Shown: in pieces, positions 41,757-52,751 of the stretch
Layout of the letters: every line of letters starts with the position of its first letter
How positions within the stretch are numbered: the stretch's first letter is position 1
From: Savitreella phatthalungensis
Lineage: Eukaryota
Assembly: GCA_051599415.1 (NCBI GenBank)
Contig: AP039694.1
Span: 496,001-560,000 of the forward strand
Direction of reading: 5' to 3'
DNA: 64,000 bases
Program-made: the position numbers and the translations under genes
The notes under the pieces: generated by a model
The model's input: the letters and a program-made list of their open reading frames with translations, nothing else
Databases searched by the model: none
What the model was told of the DNA's origin: nothing

Positions 41757-43400
41757 ATGCCGTCTCCTGCGGGCTTGGTTATCCAAGTGGGCTTGGCTGC
41801 GGCATCAAGGATGAATGAGATATTCTTGACCACACCGAATGGAAGTCCGCTGCTGGACTTGCTACACCCGCAGTTGATCAGAGGATTGCACGCGTCGCAA
41901 GCGATCCAGCATCACTACTCTTATCTGAATGGGTACCGGCTTCATGATTCCTTGACACAAGCTCAGCGATTCGCTCTCCATGCCACTCGAGGTATCGATG
42001 TTTCGCCGAACGACGAATTCACGTTCTCCAAATGGCAGGTTCAACGTGACAGCCCCTGGCACCTTTCCCGACTCAACGCGCAGAGTCCACCGCCTTCTGA
42101 GCTTGCGCGCTTCGGCCTAGACGGTGCGTATGTCTACGATTCGGCGTACGCTGGCCAAGCGACTGAATTGATCTCACTGGACTCGGGCGTTGATTGCGGC
42201 AATGACTATCTCTTCCCACGCGTGGTATGCTACAATCGAGGTAAAGCGCTGCGCGACTGGCCTGGTATGGACATACACGGCCACGGCACCGGCGTCGCAG
42301 GCTTGGCGGTCTCGAGTCGACACGGTGCGGCGCGCGAAGCTCATGTTCTACCAATTAACCTGCTCATCGAAGGCTCTCCGCCACGAGTGGATACTGTCCT
42401 TGAAAGCATCAGCAAGGTGTTACAACGGCTCGACAGTTTCTCGATGATACAGAGATCTTCCAAGGCATTCGTCGCAGTCATAGCGGCGGAAATGCGTGGC
42501 AATCTAGCGCTGGACATGGGCGTGATGCACTTGTTGCATTCGGGTGTGCTGGTCGTTGCTGCTGCAGGCAATATGGGTGAAGATGCTTGCAATTTCTCCC
42601 CACAACGTGTGCCTATGGTGCTGACAGTCGGGGGAGTGTCACCGGACGACACATTCTCGTCGTTCTCAAATCATGGAAGCTGCGTCGACATACTCAGTCC
42701 CAGTGAAATGATGCGTAGCACGGCTCATTTGAAGGGCTCGACCCACTTATCAGCGCATGCAACTCATCACAGTCTGGAAACGCTGGTGACCGGAACGTCT
42801 TTTGGCGCAGGTGTTGTCGCTGGTGTCGCTTTGTTGCACGCCCTTCGCTTCGCCCGCCTCCATAGTAGCCGCATCGCCGAATCGCTATCATTCTACCTTG
42901 TCAGGCATGCTGCACTGCACGGACAGATCAAGGGCCTTCCGCCAGATACGCCAAACAAGCTCATTCACTATCTGCCGAAGGACTTCGAGGCTGCTAAGGC
43001 CCGAGGATTCGTGGACGAAGCAGGAACATCTGGCAAGCATGACAGATCCGAAGACGACGAGCGCACCGCCGAGGGTCGGGCGAGGAAGAAGGGTAAAATG
43101 CATTCTTCGTCAGTGTATGACGAGGTTCCGAGTGGGCAATCTATCAGCGACTACCTGATTGGCAAACCCAGCGTTCGAGACGTTGAACCCTGGAAAGGTG
43201 GTCCCGAGCCATCAACTATCCACGTTGCAAACCCTGCAGCGCCCCAGCAAGACGAGCAGCTCGAAGTCTGGTTCGAGCCTGATGAGATTTCCCAAATCAT
43301 GGGCAGCATCGATGATGATGATGACGACAATGAAAGCTTTAGCCGTTCACTCTCGTCCTCAAGTCTGCACAGTAGACCCAGTGGCAAACGAGCTCAGTAA
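41757..43400 (+). CDS. Divergent subtilisin-like (S8) protein, copy 2, with disordered C-terminal extension
   Basis: SPWHLSRL, SLDSG, HGHGTGVAG, VAAAGN..DACNFSP, FSNHGSCVDILSP, TGTSFGA, TPNKLIH, then a charged tail of about 140 aa. Confidence 0.87.
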   Translation: MPSPAGLVIQVGLAAASRMNEIFLTTPNGSPLLDLLHPQLIRGLHASQAIQHHYSYLNGYRLHDSLTQAQRFALHATRGIDVSPNDEFTFSKWQVQRDSPWHLSRLNAQSPPPSELARFGLDGAYVYDSAYAGQATELISLDSGVDCGNDYLFPRVVCYNRGKALRDWPGMDIHGHGTGVAGLAVSSRHGAAREAHVLPINLLIEGSPPRVDTVLESISKVLQRLDSFSMIQRSSKAFVAVIAAEMRGNLALDMGVMHLLHSGVLVVAAAGNMGEDACNFSPQRVPMVLTVGGVSPDDTFSSFSNHGSCVDILSPSEMMRSTAHLKGSTHLSAHATHHSLETLVTGTSFGAGVVAGVALLHALRFARLHSSRIAESLSFYLVRHAALHGQIKGLPPDTPNKLIHYLPKDFEAAKARGFVDEAGTSGKHDRSEDDERTAEGRARKKGKMHSSSVYDEVPSGQSISDYLIGKPSVRDVEPWKGGPEPSTIHVANPAAPQQDEQLEVWFEPDEISQIMGSIDDDDDDNESFSRSLSSSSLHSRPSGKRAQ

Positions 43401-43457
43401 GCTAGATGATTCATTCATGCATGAAGTGAAATACACGCCGGTTGCGCTGCTTGCAAA

Positions 43458-44336
43458 TCAGTCAACCTGATCGCGCCATACAGCCTTTGCGTTGCCGTGT
43501 TCGTCTTTCTCGGTCGTTTGTGTCGGCGTATTGACGCCCCTGCCGAGCCTGACGAGGACGGATGGGTCGATGTCATAGCGATCTAGGACGGCTTTGACAC
43601 CAGCCGCGTTGTCATCTCCCCCAGCGCGCTTGCGAGCGTCGAGGAGCGCCGTGATCTCACTCATCTCAAGATGTTTGCGTTTGACGGGAGCCATGGGTTT
43701 GCCGTCCGGCGATAGCTGACCTGAAGCTTCCAGCGCCTCCTGCTCGCGCGCAATCTCCTCGGCAATTCGCGTCCGTGCAGTCCACATTCCCGAGAGTGGA
43801 TCTTTCCGGGCCGATGTCTTCCCATCGCTCGGCGCCGTCTGGACACCAGCGAGTCCCTGCTTGCGTCCTGCGTCTGGCTCTCCGTAGCGCACTGGACCGA
43901 CGCCGCGAAGCATCTGAAGAAAGTGGGGATCCTGGCCGTCCTCGGCAATGTCACGAGGCTTCTCGCTCGAAGCTAGCGCAGCGCGAGAGGCTGGTGCACT
44001 GCGATCGCCACGAGCTGCGTCATTGGCCACACGCACGGTCGATGGTGGCGGGCGATTTTGGGCACGAGCAGATGCATCTGCCGGACCGGACTCTGGATGG
44101 GCCAGGTCTTCCGGCGACGACAATCTTGCTCCGGGTCTTGAGACGTCTGGATGTGGCCGTGCAGCATCACTCGCAGTTTGAGAGGTCTCATGGGCTGCCT
44201 TCCCGAGCTTGGTCGATGGGCCGTCTCTCAAAGCATATTCTCCAAGGTCTTGAACAGGTCTGTAAATTCCGCCAGCCTTATCCTTTGGCAAAGCAGAGGG
44301 CAATCTTCTAGCCGTCTTGGACGCGGCTCCCCCCAT
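43458..44336 (-). CDS. Uncharacterised fungal protein with predicted N-myristoylation motif
   Basis: MGGAASKTARRLP start (MGxxxSK), DGQDPHFLQML..GPV, and a C-terminal helical segment. Confidence 0.65.
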   Translation of the reverse strand: MGGAASKTARRLPSALPKDKAGGIYRPVQDLGEYALRDGPSTKLGKAAHETSQTASDAARPHPDVSRPGARLSSPEDLAHPESGPADASARAQNRPPPSTVRVANDAARGDRSAPASRAALASSEKPRDIAEDGQDPHFLQMLRGVGPVRYGEPDAGRKQGLAGVQTAPSDGKTSARKDPLSGMWTARTRIAEEIAREQEALEASGQLSPDGKPMAPVKRKHLEMSEITALLDARKRAGGDDNAAGVKAVLDRYDIDPSVLVRLGRGVNTPTQTTEKDEHGNAKAVWRDQVD

Positions 44337-44620
44337 AGTGTGCACCTGAAGTGACTGCCTTGTGTCTCCGAAGAAAGTCCTCTTGTCTAGTCTGCCTCGT
44401 TCAATTACGTCAAGTCAGATCGGTGGAGCACTCCGGTCACATTCCATCTGAAATACACGTGCACCAGTCCGAGAAAGTTATTATGTACACGTGTTTTGTA
44501 AACATAACAAAGGCGCCGTCGACAGGGAGCGACAACGGCGACGTTCTGTGAGAGCGACAGTGGAGCATACTCACAAGGCAAGTCAAGTTCAGTTTGAGAG
44601 TCAACCGAGTCGACTGAGTC

Positions 44621-45511
44621 ATGGATACCATCCGGCCTATTATTCAATCAGTCACGCGCAATCTGCCACCTGTCGTCAGTGAGCAGCTTGTTTTGCTCTT
44701 GGGATCGCAGAAATGCTACAAGTCAATCGTCGAGAATGTCAATTTGCAGGACATCGACTGCTTGAAGCTATGCGTCAGTAAAGGACTCGGTATTGGCATT
44801 GTTCTTGCAGCATGCGTAGTCAAGGTCCCTCAGATTTTGAAGATCGTGCGCTCGCGCTCTGGAGAAGGCGTTTCCGTTCTGTCCTACCTGCTGGAGACGA
44901 CCGCTTTCCTGATCACCTTGGCGTACAACGTTCGCCAAGGATTCGCGTTCTCAACGTACGGAGAAACCCTCTTTATCCTCCTTCAGAATGTCGTCGTCAC
45001 CATACTCGTGCTGTTCTATGCCAACCGCGGTTTCCTCGCTGGCCTTGTGCTCGGAGGGCTATCGCTCGGTGGTTTCCTGCTCTTTGGATCGCAGGACAGT
45101 GAGTGGTCAACCATTCCAGAGGCTCTGTGGAAGCTCCTCTCGTTCGGCGGGAAGATGCCTCTCATCGCCGCGCCTGGTCAACCGTTCGTGAGCAACCAGG
45201 ATCTTCAATATCTTGCCACCCTGACAATTCCTCTGTCGCTGGCCTCCAAGATCCCTCAGATCCTAACGATTGCCCGGCAACGCTCAACTGGCCAGCTATC
45301 AGCCTTCGCAGTCTTCAATTACCTAGCAGGCTCTCTCGCACGCGTCTTCACTACCGCCCAGGAAGTCAAGGACCCAGTGCTTCTGTGGGGTTTCATTCTT
45401 GGAGCTGCGCTGAACGCCGTCCTCGCTTTCCAGACCATCATCTATTGGAACAACAGCGGTCCTGTCAAGCGCTCGATCAAAGAGAAGCGAGCTGCAGGCA
45501 AGACAAAGTGA
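44621..45511 (+). CDS. MPDU1: Mannose-P-dolichol utilization defect 1 (PQ-loop) protein
   Basis: SKGLGIGIV..VKVPQILKI, FSTYGE, SKIPQI, STGQLSAFAVFNYLAGSLARVFTT, and a C-terminal lysine-rich ER-retrieval-like end. Confidence 0.93.
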   Translation: MDTIRPIIQSVTRNLPPVVSEQLVLLLGSQKCYKSIVENVNLQDIDCLKLCVSKGLGIGIVLAACVVKVPQILKIVRSRSGEGVSVLSYLLETTAFLITLAYNVRQGFAFSTYGETLFILLQNVVVTILVLFYANRGFLAGLVLGGLSLGGFLLFGSQDSEWSTIPEALWKLLSFGGKMPLIAAPGQPFVSNQDLQYLATLTIPLSLASKIPQILTIARQRSTGQLSAFAVFNYLAGSLARVFTTAQEVKDPVLLWGFILGAALNAVLAFQTIIYWNNSGPVKRSIKEKRAAGKTK

Positions 45512-45594
45512 TTGTAATCCAGGATAAGGCTCCTAGGCGGCTGGATATCCATTTCATATTCCCGTAGCTGTACGATAGATCGAAGGTTGGACAT

Positions 45595-47646
45595 TTACAA
45601 ATCGTCGAAGAATGTGCTGCGTGACTTGCCCGCAGCGCGCATCAACTCCGCTCGCTTCGCGTCCTTGCGTTGCTTCTCGAGCTGACGGCGTTTTTCACGT
45701 TTTCGCTGGTTGCGATTCAGCTTGTTGTCGGCATCGCAGTCCGAGTCGTCGCCGTCCACAGAAGCTTCGTCAAGCTCTCCATCGTTGGTATCAAGCTCGG
45801 CTGAGATTTCCTTGACAGCTGATTCAGCGGCATCTTCGTCGTGCGCGACCCCTGCCTCATCAATAGCATCTTCAGATTCTTCGTCCTGGACGACGGAGTT
45901 TCTATCATGATCATCGTCGTCGTCGTCGCTATCGTCATCGTCATTCTGATCGTCCTCGTCGTTGTCGTCGTCACTGTCTAACCGATCATGCTCGTCTTCG
46001 GTTGAGATCGGAGCGTTCGGATCGATGGCTAGCAGCTTATCGGGCACCGTGTAAACCCGTAACAGGTAACCCGTGGCAACGAAAATAAGCGGCGAGGATT
46101 CCCGATTCCGTTCTTTTTCAGACAGCGCGCCGGTCCACACTGCCGCCATGGCCGTGACAGGCTCACCTGCGATTCCCTGATCCTCGTCCTCATCGTCCTC
46201 ATCCAGCTCGCTGTCGAAGTCGTCATCGTTGTCTTCATCTAATCCGCCCTGGGCGAAAAGCTCGTCTCGAGCCGCTTGCCTGGCAGCGCGATCGTCCCGA
46301 TTGTCCTTGAGAGTATCTGCCGCAACACCGAGCCAGCGATTTGGTAGCACGTGCAGTAGTCTGACACGGCCATCGGATCCACCGACTAAGGCTCTGTCAC
46401 CATCGAGCTGGACGATGACCTCGGGTGAAATGACTTCTTCTGTCAGTCGTTTCCGCTGCCTTTTTGTGAGCTGACCACTGTTTGAACTGTGTTCACCGCG
46501 ACCAGCCCCTCCGGGGACTGTCTCGTCGGTTGGTAGTAATGACGGGGGCGCGAGGATTCGATCTGTACAGTCTCCCCAATCACCAGCACTGAAGATGGCT
46601 ACTACACCTTCTGATGTGCCGACTAGGAATTTGTCCTTCTTTGACAACTTTCGCGAGGATACCGTGCTAATTGCAAAGTCCGCGTCGGTCTTGCTGGCGT
46701 TCTCAGCTGCATCGTTCTCGTCGGATGAGTCCATGTCAGAGTCAAGATTGAATTGACCGGAGCCGTGCTTGAACGGACCGGCGATACAAAGGAGTTCGTC
46801 TTCTTGGTCATCGCTGCGCTTCACAAGAGGTGAACGAGTTTTGCGCTTCTTTGACGCCGCGCCTTTGCTTTCCTTCGCCCGCTTGCGTTTGCCTGGATCA
46901 TCAACAGCTTCATGATCCTGATCTGCTTGCACTTCTCCTTGTGAAAAGATCTCGCTAAGGTCTTGTGGCACTCGAAGATCGTGAACAGTCAGAGTGCCGT
47001 CTCCAGAAATTGCGAGGACGAGTCTGCTTTCCAGCCCGACCAATTGAGAGATGTAGTCGTTATGAGCGTTCTGATACGCGCGAATCGGACCTGCATTCTG
47101 CTTGATTGACCAGCCACGTAAATGTCCGTCATCGTCTGCCGTGACGAAGACGTCCTCGTTCACCCAACAAGCAGCGTTGATCGATGCGCCGTGCATTGCG
47201 TTAGCCATTGTCGAGCGTTTTTTGGTTTCCGTGCCACCCTTCTCACCAGCTGAAGCACTTGATGGCTCGAATTTCTGGACTACCTTGCCAGTAGACCCAT
47301 CACATCGTTTGACGACACGATCTGCTCCGGCAGTGACGAGCCACTGGCCGTTTGGAGAGTAGGCGATGGCTCTGCAAGATTGCTTGTGCCGCCTTGTTGC
47401 CCAAAGGACTTTGAGACTTTGGTGGGCAACGAGCTTGTCCACAGCTGTGGATTGCTCCTTGACAGGCTTACGCTCGCGTACATTGCGAGACAATACCTCA
47501 TCGGGCGTATAAGAAACACAATAGACGTGACCGGTCACGCAGGAGATGGCCAGCTCCGGCCTACTGGGATGGTGAACGACCGCCTGGATGTCATGCTCCC
47601 GAGGAAGACCGGCGAAGATGCTGCTCGCTGTCTTCAGGATGGTCAT
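45595..47646 (-). CDS. JIP5: WD40 protein Jip5/WDR55-like (ribosome biogenesis)
   Basis: LWATRRHKQSCRAI, TADDDGHL, HNDYIS, SDDQEDELL, GDWGDCTDRI, acidic tail ending FFDDL. Start placed at MTILK (47646); the ORF stays open to 47910. Confidence 0.85.
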   Translation of the reverse strand: MTILKTASSIFAGLPREHDIQAVVHHPSRPELAISCVTGHVYCVSYTPDEVLSRNVRERKPVKEQSTAVDKLVAHQSLKVLWATRRHKQSCRAIAYSPNGQWLVTAGADRVVKRCDGSTGKVVQKFEPSSASAGEKGGTETKKRSTMANAMHGASINAACWVNEDVFVTADDDGHLRGWSIKQNAGPIRAYQNAHNDYISQLVGLESRLVLAISGDGTLTVHDLRVPQDLSEIFSQGEVQADQDHEAVDDPGKRKRAKESKGAASKKRKTRSPLVKRSDDQEDELLCIAGPFKHGSGQFNLDSDMDSSDENDAAENASKTDADFAISTVSSRKLSKKDKFLVGTSEGVVAIFSAGDWGDCTDRILAPPSLLPTDETVPGGAGRGEHSSNSGQLTKRQRKRLTEEVISPEVIVQLDGDRALVGGSDGRVRLLHVLPNRWLGVAADTLKDNRDDRAARQAARDELFAQGGLDEDNDDDFDSELDEDDEDEDQGIAGEPVTAMAAVWTGALSEKERNRESSPLIFVATGYLLRVYTVPDKLLAIDPNAPISTEDEHDRLDSDDDNDEDDQNDDDDSDDDDDDHDRNSVVQDEESEDAIDEAGVAHDEDAAESAVKEISAELDTNDGELDEASVDGDDSDCDADNKLNRNQRKREKRRQLEKQRKDAKRAELMRAAGKSRSTFFDDL

Positions 47647-48010
47647 GCCCAGCGCTTCTGTAATCGTGAGCGAATCACTTGAGATGAAGAGGTCGGTCAG
47701 GCACGTCCTTGTAGAACCTGCATTTGATCTTATACCGTACCTTGTGAGACCTGGAGATATCTGTGAGGACCTCTGGAGAAGCTTGGGAAGCCTTTGTTCA
47801 GGCTCCACAATCATACACAAAAACAAGATGTTCCAACTCGACACAGATTGACGGTCTCTTGCACGTATGAAAGAGCAAGGACGGACACATATGAATGCAC
47901 CGACGGGCATTGTTCAGTTAAGCAAGTCACCGATCATGCCGCAACGACCATCCATGAGCTTACAAACTCGGACGAAGTACGGTCAGACAATCAATACATA
48001 TCATCATTAT

Positions 48011-49504
48011 TCAAATGCTCTTCTTGATCTCAGTCTTCTGAGTGGTAAGCTCCGACGTCTTTCTACGCTTTTCACGTCGCTGTGTTCTGAATGCTTTCGC
48101 CTCCTTGACAAGGGCGAGGATGAGCGGAATGAAGACTGGTCCGAAGAGTGGCATGTAAACGCCATATTTGTGCTCGTCCGGAAAGTAGAGTAATGAAACC
48201 ATCTTGTCATCGAAGAAGGCTCTCTCAGCTTCGACGTGTGCTATCTTCGCGAGCGCCATCGCTGATTCTAGATAGCCCTTCCCTGTAACGACGTGGCTGT
48301 GTCGGGTCAGGGCAATTGATGCGCGCTCACTGTGGTTGGTATTGCCGTTGAGAAGACTGAGCGCAGCGTCAAGTGCATCAATTGAATGCTGCATGCGCAC
48401 ACCGACATGAACGGGCACATGCATGTTTGGGATCTGATGAACGACCTTATGCAGGGATTCAAGTGTTCTCCTGACCACAGAGCACGCTTCCACAGTCCTG
48501 TGACGGCACAATCCATCGAGCTGCAGGAGCGTGGCGTCGCCCTCGAAAGCAATCTCGGGCAGGCCCATCAAATGTGCAAACTTACCCATCAGCACATCGA
48601 CAAGGCCACTGAGAACGTCAAGTTCCAGCGGCTTACCTGCCAATGATTCCGGCGGATTGTAAATGACGACAGCTCCAGCTTGTGGCAGCAGAAATGCGTT
48701 GTCCTGAACTGGTTTTCCATTATCGCGTACAATGAGCGGTCGAAAGCGTACCGCAGGTACGTACACCATGAGATTCAGGGGCTTGCTGTCGCCCGAAGCG
48801 GTCGCAAGGTTCCATTCTGCACTGTTGACGAATCCCGCAAGATGTGTTTGATCGAGCACGTATTCACCTGTTGCAGTGTCGTACGGCGGCTCGAAGGTGA
48901 GGTCTGTGAAAAGTTGCACTTGGTCTGCGATTGAGATATTCGCGAGGCTGGAAAGCGCATCCACCCACGGACTGACCTTATGCTGGAACAAATGATGCAT
49001 TGGCCATTCTAAAAAGGGTGCTTCCGCCGCACCGTTCATGAGTGAGAAGAGAATGTCATATTTCGTGCCGTATTGCACAGTGCGCAGATCTGCAGTGAGG
49101 CGCCTGGCTTCGCCCTCATCGGACGTAGCTCGAATGCGCCTACGCTCGTCCGCAAATATTTCGAGAAAGGAGTCCACAGCTGTCTCTCGCGGTACTCTGA
49201 TGCTATCGCCGTTTTCAATTGTTGTCGTAAAGTCATTAGATATGTGTAATGGATAGCCACCTTGCGGATCTTCGAAGAATCGAAGCTCAGACTGAAGTGC
49301 ATTGGCCTGAGCGATGAGATCACGCGGTACACCGTCCTGAAGAGCTAGACCAATTGCTGGCTGTGGGGTTGGTAGATGCGGAACAGAGGGAAGCGGTGCG
49401 CGTGAGACCCTGGTTGTGAAATACCATACTGGAACACCGAGACCAATGACAAGCCAATAACTCAGCAAGATAAGTCTGCGTGTATAGACCTTGTCCAGTG
49501 ACAT
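48011..49504 (-). CDS. GPI17: GPI transamidase subunit PIG-S
   Basis: GVPVWYFTT..RAPLP, LAGFVNSAEWNL, NAFLLPQ.G, AERAFFDDKMVSLLYFPDEHKYGVYMPLFGP. Confidence 0.95.
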   Translation of the reverse strand: MSLDKVYTRRLILLSYWLVIGLGVPVWYFTTRVSRAPLPSVPHLPTPQPAIGLALQDGVPRDLIAQANALQSELRFFEDPQGGYPLHISNDFTTTIENGDSIRVPRETAVDSFLEIFADERRRIRATSDEGEARRLTADLRTVQYGTKYDILFSLMNGAAEAPFLEWPMHHLFQHKVSPWVDALSSLANISIADQVQLFTDLTFEPPYDTATGEYVLDQTHLAGFVNSAEWNLATASGDSKPLNLMVYVPAVRFRPLIVRDNGKPVQDNAFLLPQAGAVVIYNPPESLAGKPLELDVLSGLVDVLMGKFAHLMGLPEIAFEGDATLLQLDGLCRHRTVEACSVVRRTLESLHKVVHQIPNMHVPVHVGVRMQHSIDALDAALSLLNGNTNHSERASIALTRHSHVVTGKGYLESAMALAKIAHVEAERAFFDDKMVSLLYFPDEHKYGVYMPLFGPVFIPLILALVKEAKAFRTQRREKRRKTSELTTQKTEIKKSI

Positions 49505-49954
49505 GTTGATGCCTGGTTTACTGATGCATGAGTGAAGATGAATAGAATCGTGACACAGAGAGGATGACTTCCTTGACCCCGCCTGAAGGAGATCTTGATT
49601 AGCGACTTCGAGCGCGTCTACTGCTAGTGCATATAGAGATCATGCCTTCTAGCTGTTATATTATCATACAGTCTCACCTATGTATGCACGTGTACATGCT
49701 GGTTAGTGGTAGACCAAAATTCCAACAGTCAAAAGACCACGGTCAATTTCCTGTGGAGTCTTCGGTTGATTTCCGGTTTGCTGATTCTCACGTGCGTGCG
49801 TCATAGCTGTACTGATCAATCGATGAGGTAAGAGGCGAGTAACTTGTTCTCTCTATTACCATAGGTCATATATACAGCACAGGACACTACCACAGCAGCA
49901 TTTGTGAGTATATCACAGCCCATTGCCCATTGAACACCAAAGACCAAAGACAGC

Positions 49955-50716
49955 ATGCTATCTCGAAGAGTTCTCGTCTCGACCAGACGTGGTCTGAGCA
50001 TCGCAAGGACGCTCCGTCAACCGGCCAATGATCCACCCACAAATGACCGCTCACTGCCGGGAGATAATGATCCCGCAGGGGCATTTCACAAGAATGACTT
50101 TGTTGCACAGGATCCTTATCCTCTGATCGGCAGACTTGATCCTCCTCCACCAAACGCCCGGACGAGTATGAACCATGGGCCTGTTCACTTTCCGGACGAG
50201 ACACTGCCGCATCCACCGATCGATCGGTCTGGCGAGACGGTTGGACGGAAGCGTGCGCGACTTTTGTGGCAGTCTCGGAAGCGTGGTATCCTCGAGACCG
50301 ATTTGCTCTTGTCTACGTTTGCGGCCAAGTACCTTGGTGAGATGACGCCAGAGGAGCTCGAGCTGTATGACAAGTTGCTGGATGAGCCTGATTGGGAGAT
50401 CTACTACTATGCCACAGGCAAGAAGACTGCGCCCGCCATGTTCCAGGACACGCCTTTGCTGCACAACCTGATGGAGCACGTGAAGAATGAAGAAAAGGTC
50501 TCTCGCCGAATGCCAGGTCTCGCTCCGGAGAGCGCCAACTACAGAGCCGACCGTGCTCTCGACAACATCCGCTTCTCTGACGGCCACGAGACTAATCAGG
50601 AAGGTAAGAGCAAGGACGATGGCAGACCACTGGGTGAAGACCGACTCAAGGGTGGCAAGAACGAAGATTTGGGCGAGACTGTCACAAAAGATAAGCCTGC
50701 TGGCTATGCATCGTAG
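49955..50716 (+). CDS. SDH5: Succinate dehydrogenase assembly factor 2
   Basis: Arg-rich mitochondrial presequence; [42 protein letters not shown]. Confidence 0.95.
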   Translation: MLSRRVLVSTRRGLSIARTLRQPANDPPTNDRSLPGDNDPAGAFHKNDFVAQDPYPLIGRLDPPPPNARTSMNHGPVHFPDETLPHPPIDRSGETVGRKRARLLWQSRKRGILETDLLLSTFAAKYLGEMTPEELELYDKLLDEPDWEIYYYATGKKTAPAMFQDTPLLHNLMEHVKNEEKVSRRMPGLAPESANYRADRALDNIRFSDGHETNQEGKSKDDGRPLGEDRLKGGKNEDLGETVTKDKPAGYAS

Positions 50717-50825
50717 AGAGATTGTTGCAAATTAGGCGTTGGAATGCTATTTTTATCTTCCAGATATATGGTTCGGATTTGTCGGATGTGTAGGCGTGGT
50801 CGAAGAGGAGCAGTTGAAGGGCAAT

Positions 50826-52751
50826 TTAGACGAGCGTGACGAGTCCGATGAGGAAGCTAGCCACGAGGGAAACAAGCGAAGTGTTCGATAGACACTCAGT
50901 CTTGGGCATGAGTCTGTTTGCGGCTGAACGAGTGGATGATGCGGTGGCAGAGCCCGACACCGAAGCGACCGCGGCAGCTTGGCCACTCGGCTGGACCGTA
51001 GCGCCGCCGCTTCCTGAGCCAGCACCGTTGCCCGGTATTGTTTGTGGGACACGCAGGCGAGGCGCTAGCAGCTGCTGTGGAGGAGTCTGAGGAGCCAGTG
51101 TGCCGTTCCAGCACATTTGAGAAAAACAGGTCTGGCAGTCCGTAGGTAAGCTGGCGTTCGCACGCTCGAGACCACGGCGGATGACTGCGCAAGCGATGCA
51201 ACGACGCATTGCCGTAGAGTTTCCGCCGCTCACAATGTTGAGACCGTTTTGCAGAGTGCCAAGAATATCATTGCGGCTGTACTGGCCATCGAAGGTGGAA
51301 AAGTTGGAATAGTACGAGAAGGGCTCGTTCGGAATGTAGATGAGAATAGGTGGAGGTGTGTTCGGATCTGTGCCGTTTGTAGCGTTGCATCCGAAGAAGG
51401 TGACATTACGGTTCAGGCCAAGATTGATGAAAGTGTTTGTGTCTGGGATGTAAGGGAAGGACAGCTGTTTATTGGAGCGCTCGAGGTCTTTGACACGTGC
51501 ATACGTAGTTGTAAGCGCTGAACCGTTTGGCCAGTTGTAAGTGGTGTCTGCGGACGAGTCGACCGTCAATATTGCGTCGACCTCACGCTCTGGCTGGATT
51601 AGTGGCCAGAGAGGCACATTCTGGTTGTCCAGTCCACCGTCTGTCAGAGTGAGATTACCAGCCTGTCGAATCGCTTGGGTGACATTGTCGATGCCGTAGA
51701 AAGGATTGGGATAGAACGCAATATCCTCATCATCTTGTGCAAGGTCGCGCAGAATGGCCTGGATAGCAGAGGAGATAACACCATTTCCACTGACGCTCCG
51801 AAGTGCGCCGTTGAAGATCGCAGACGAAGTTCCGACAGTGAAACCCATGTTGTCCCAATTTGTGAGGCAAACATTTGATTGTGCAGGTTGACCGTTCGTC
51901 AAATTGCTACCGAGATAGTACACGTTCACAAAGTTGTCGACATTGCTGTCCCACGAGCCAAACTCGTATGGGTTGAACTCATACACGGTCGCGTTGGCAG
52001 TGACGACAATTTGTCCTGGAGCACGACCGTCAGCGACGATAATCGGGAAGGGCATCGAGTGGTTTTGGAAGCTGGAAACATTTTGGATGGCGGACCATTG
52101 GACTCCCGGAATGCCGTTCGAGCTGTTGAAGAGATGGTAGGAGATGAAGCGACCCCAATAGTCGGTGATGGTGGTCTCAAAGCCAGCGTCCCTTTTGTTC
52201 TTCACCGTCTCTACGATATCGGAGTAGTAAGAGACGGTAGAGATGATGCCGCCATTCGGGGAGGCGAAGACGTTGTCGATGTCCCAATGATTCTGGACGA
52301 GATTCTGAATAGTAGAGAAGTCGTACAGGGAGACTCCACCAATTAGCCAACTGCCGCCAGACAGACCGGCCATGTACTGCGAGCCCTGGATCAGACCACC
52401 GACGGTGCCAAGGTTTGCTCGGGAGTCGAGTGCTTGGAAAATGGCTCCACCAAAAGTCATGGCCCGCAGGCCGCCTCCGGAGGCTGCGAAAGCGAGGCGA
52501 GGAGCAGTTCTATTTGAGCCGAAGATGGTGTTTAGGTCAAGACCTTGAATGTCAGCCTGGGAGACAAAATTACGCAGGGCTGATTGTGTCTGTGGAGCGC
52601 GGTTGGTGAGATAGTCTTGTTCGAGAGAAGAGATGCTACTGGCGGCACGGATCAGCGGTGTTGATGGACAGGGGACATTGTAGGGCACATATGCGGTTGA
52701 GCCTGCAGCTGAGACCGCGCAGACCAGTGAGAAGAAGGCAAGATCCAGCAT
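50826..52751 (-). CDS. PLB1: Lysophospholipase / phospholipase B, secreted and probably GPI-anchored
   Basis: Signal peptide; SGGGLRAM, GLSGGSW (Ser), PFPIIVADGRAPG, EFNPYEFGSWD, DGGLDNQNVP, DSSAD; S/A-rich linker and hydrophobic C-terminus. Confidence 0.95.
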   Translation of the reverse strand: MLDLAFFSLVCAVSAAGSTAYVPYNVPCPSTPLIRAASSISSLEQDYLTNRAPQTQSALRNFVSQADIQGLDLNTIFGSNRTAPRLAFAASGGGLRAMTFGGAIFQALDSRANLGTVGGLIQGSQYMAGLSGGSWLIGGVSLYDFSTIQNLVQNHWDIDNVFASPNGGIISTVSYYSDIVETVKNKRDAGFETTITDYWGRFISYHLFNSSNGIPGVQWSAIQNVSSFQNHSMPFPIIVADGRAPGQIVVTANATVYEFNPYEFGSWDSNVDNFVNVYYLGSNLTNGQPAQSNVCLTNWDNMGFTVGTSSAIFNGALRSVSGNGVISSAIQAILRDLAQDDEDIAFYPNPFYGIDNVTQAIRQAGNLTLTDGGLDNQNVPLWPLIQPEREVDAILTVDSSADTTYNWPNGSALTTTYARVKDLERSNKQLSFPYIPDTNTFINLGLNRNVTFFGCNATNGTDPNTPPPILIYIPNEPFSYYSNFSTFDGQYSRNDILGTLQNGLNIVSGGNSTAMRRCIACAVIRRGLERANASLPTDCQTCFSQMCWNGTLAPQTPPQQLLAPRLRVPQTIPGNGAGSGSGGATVQPSGQAAAVASVSGSATASSTRSAANRLMPKTECLSNTSLVSLVASFLIGLVTLV

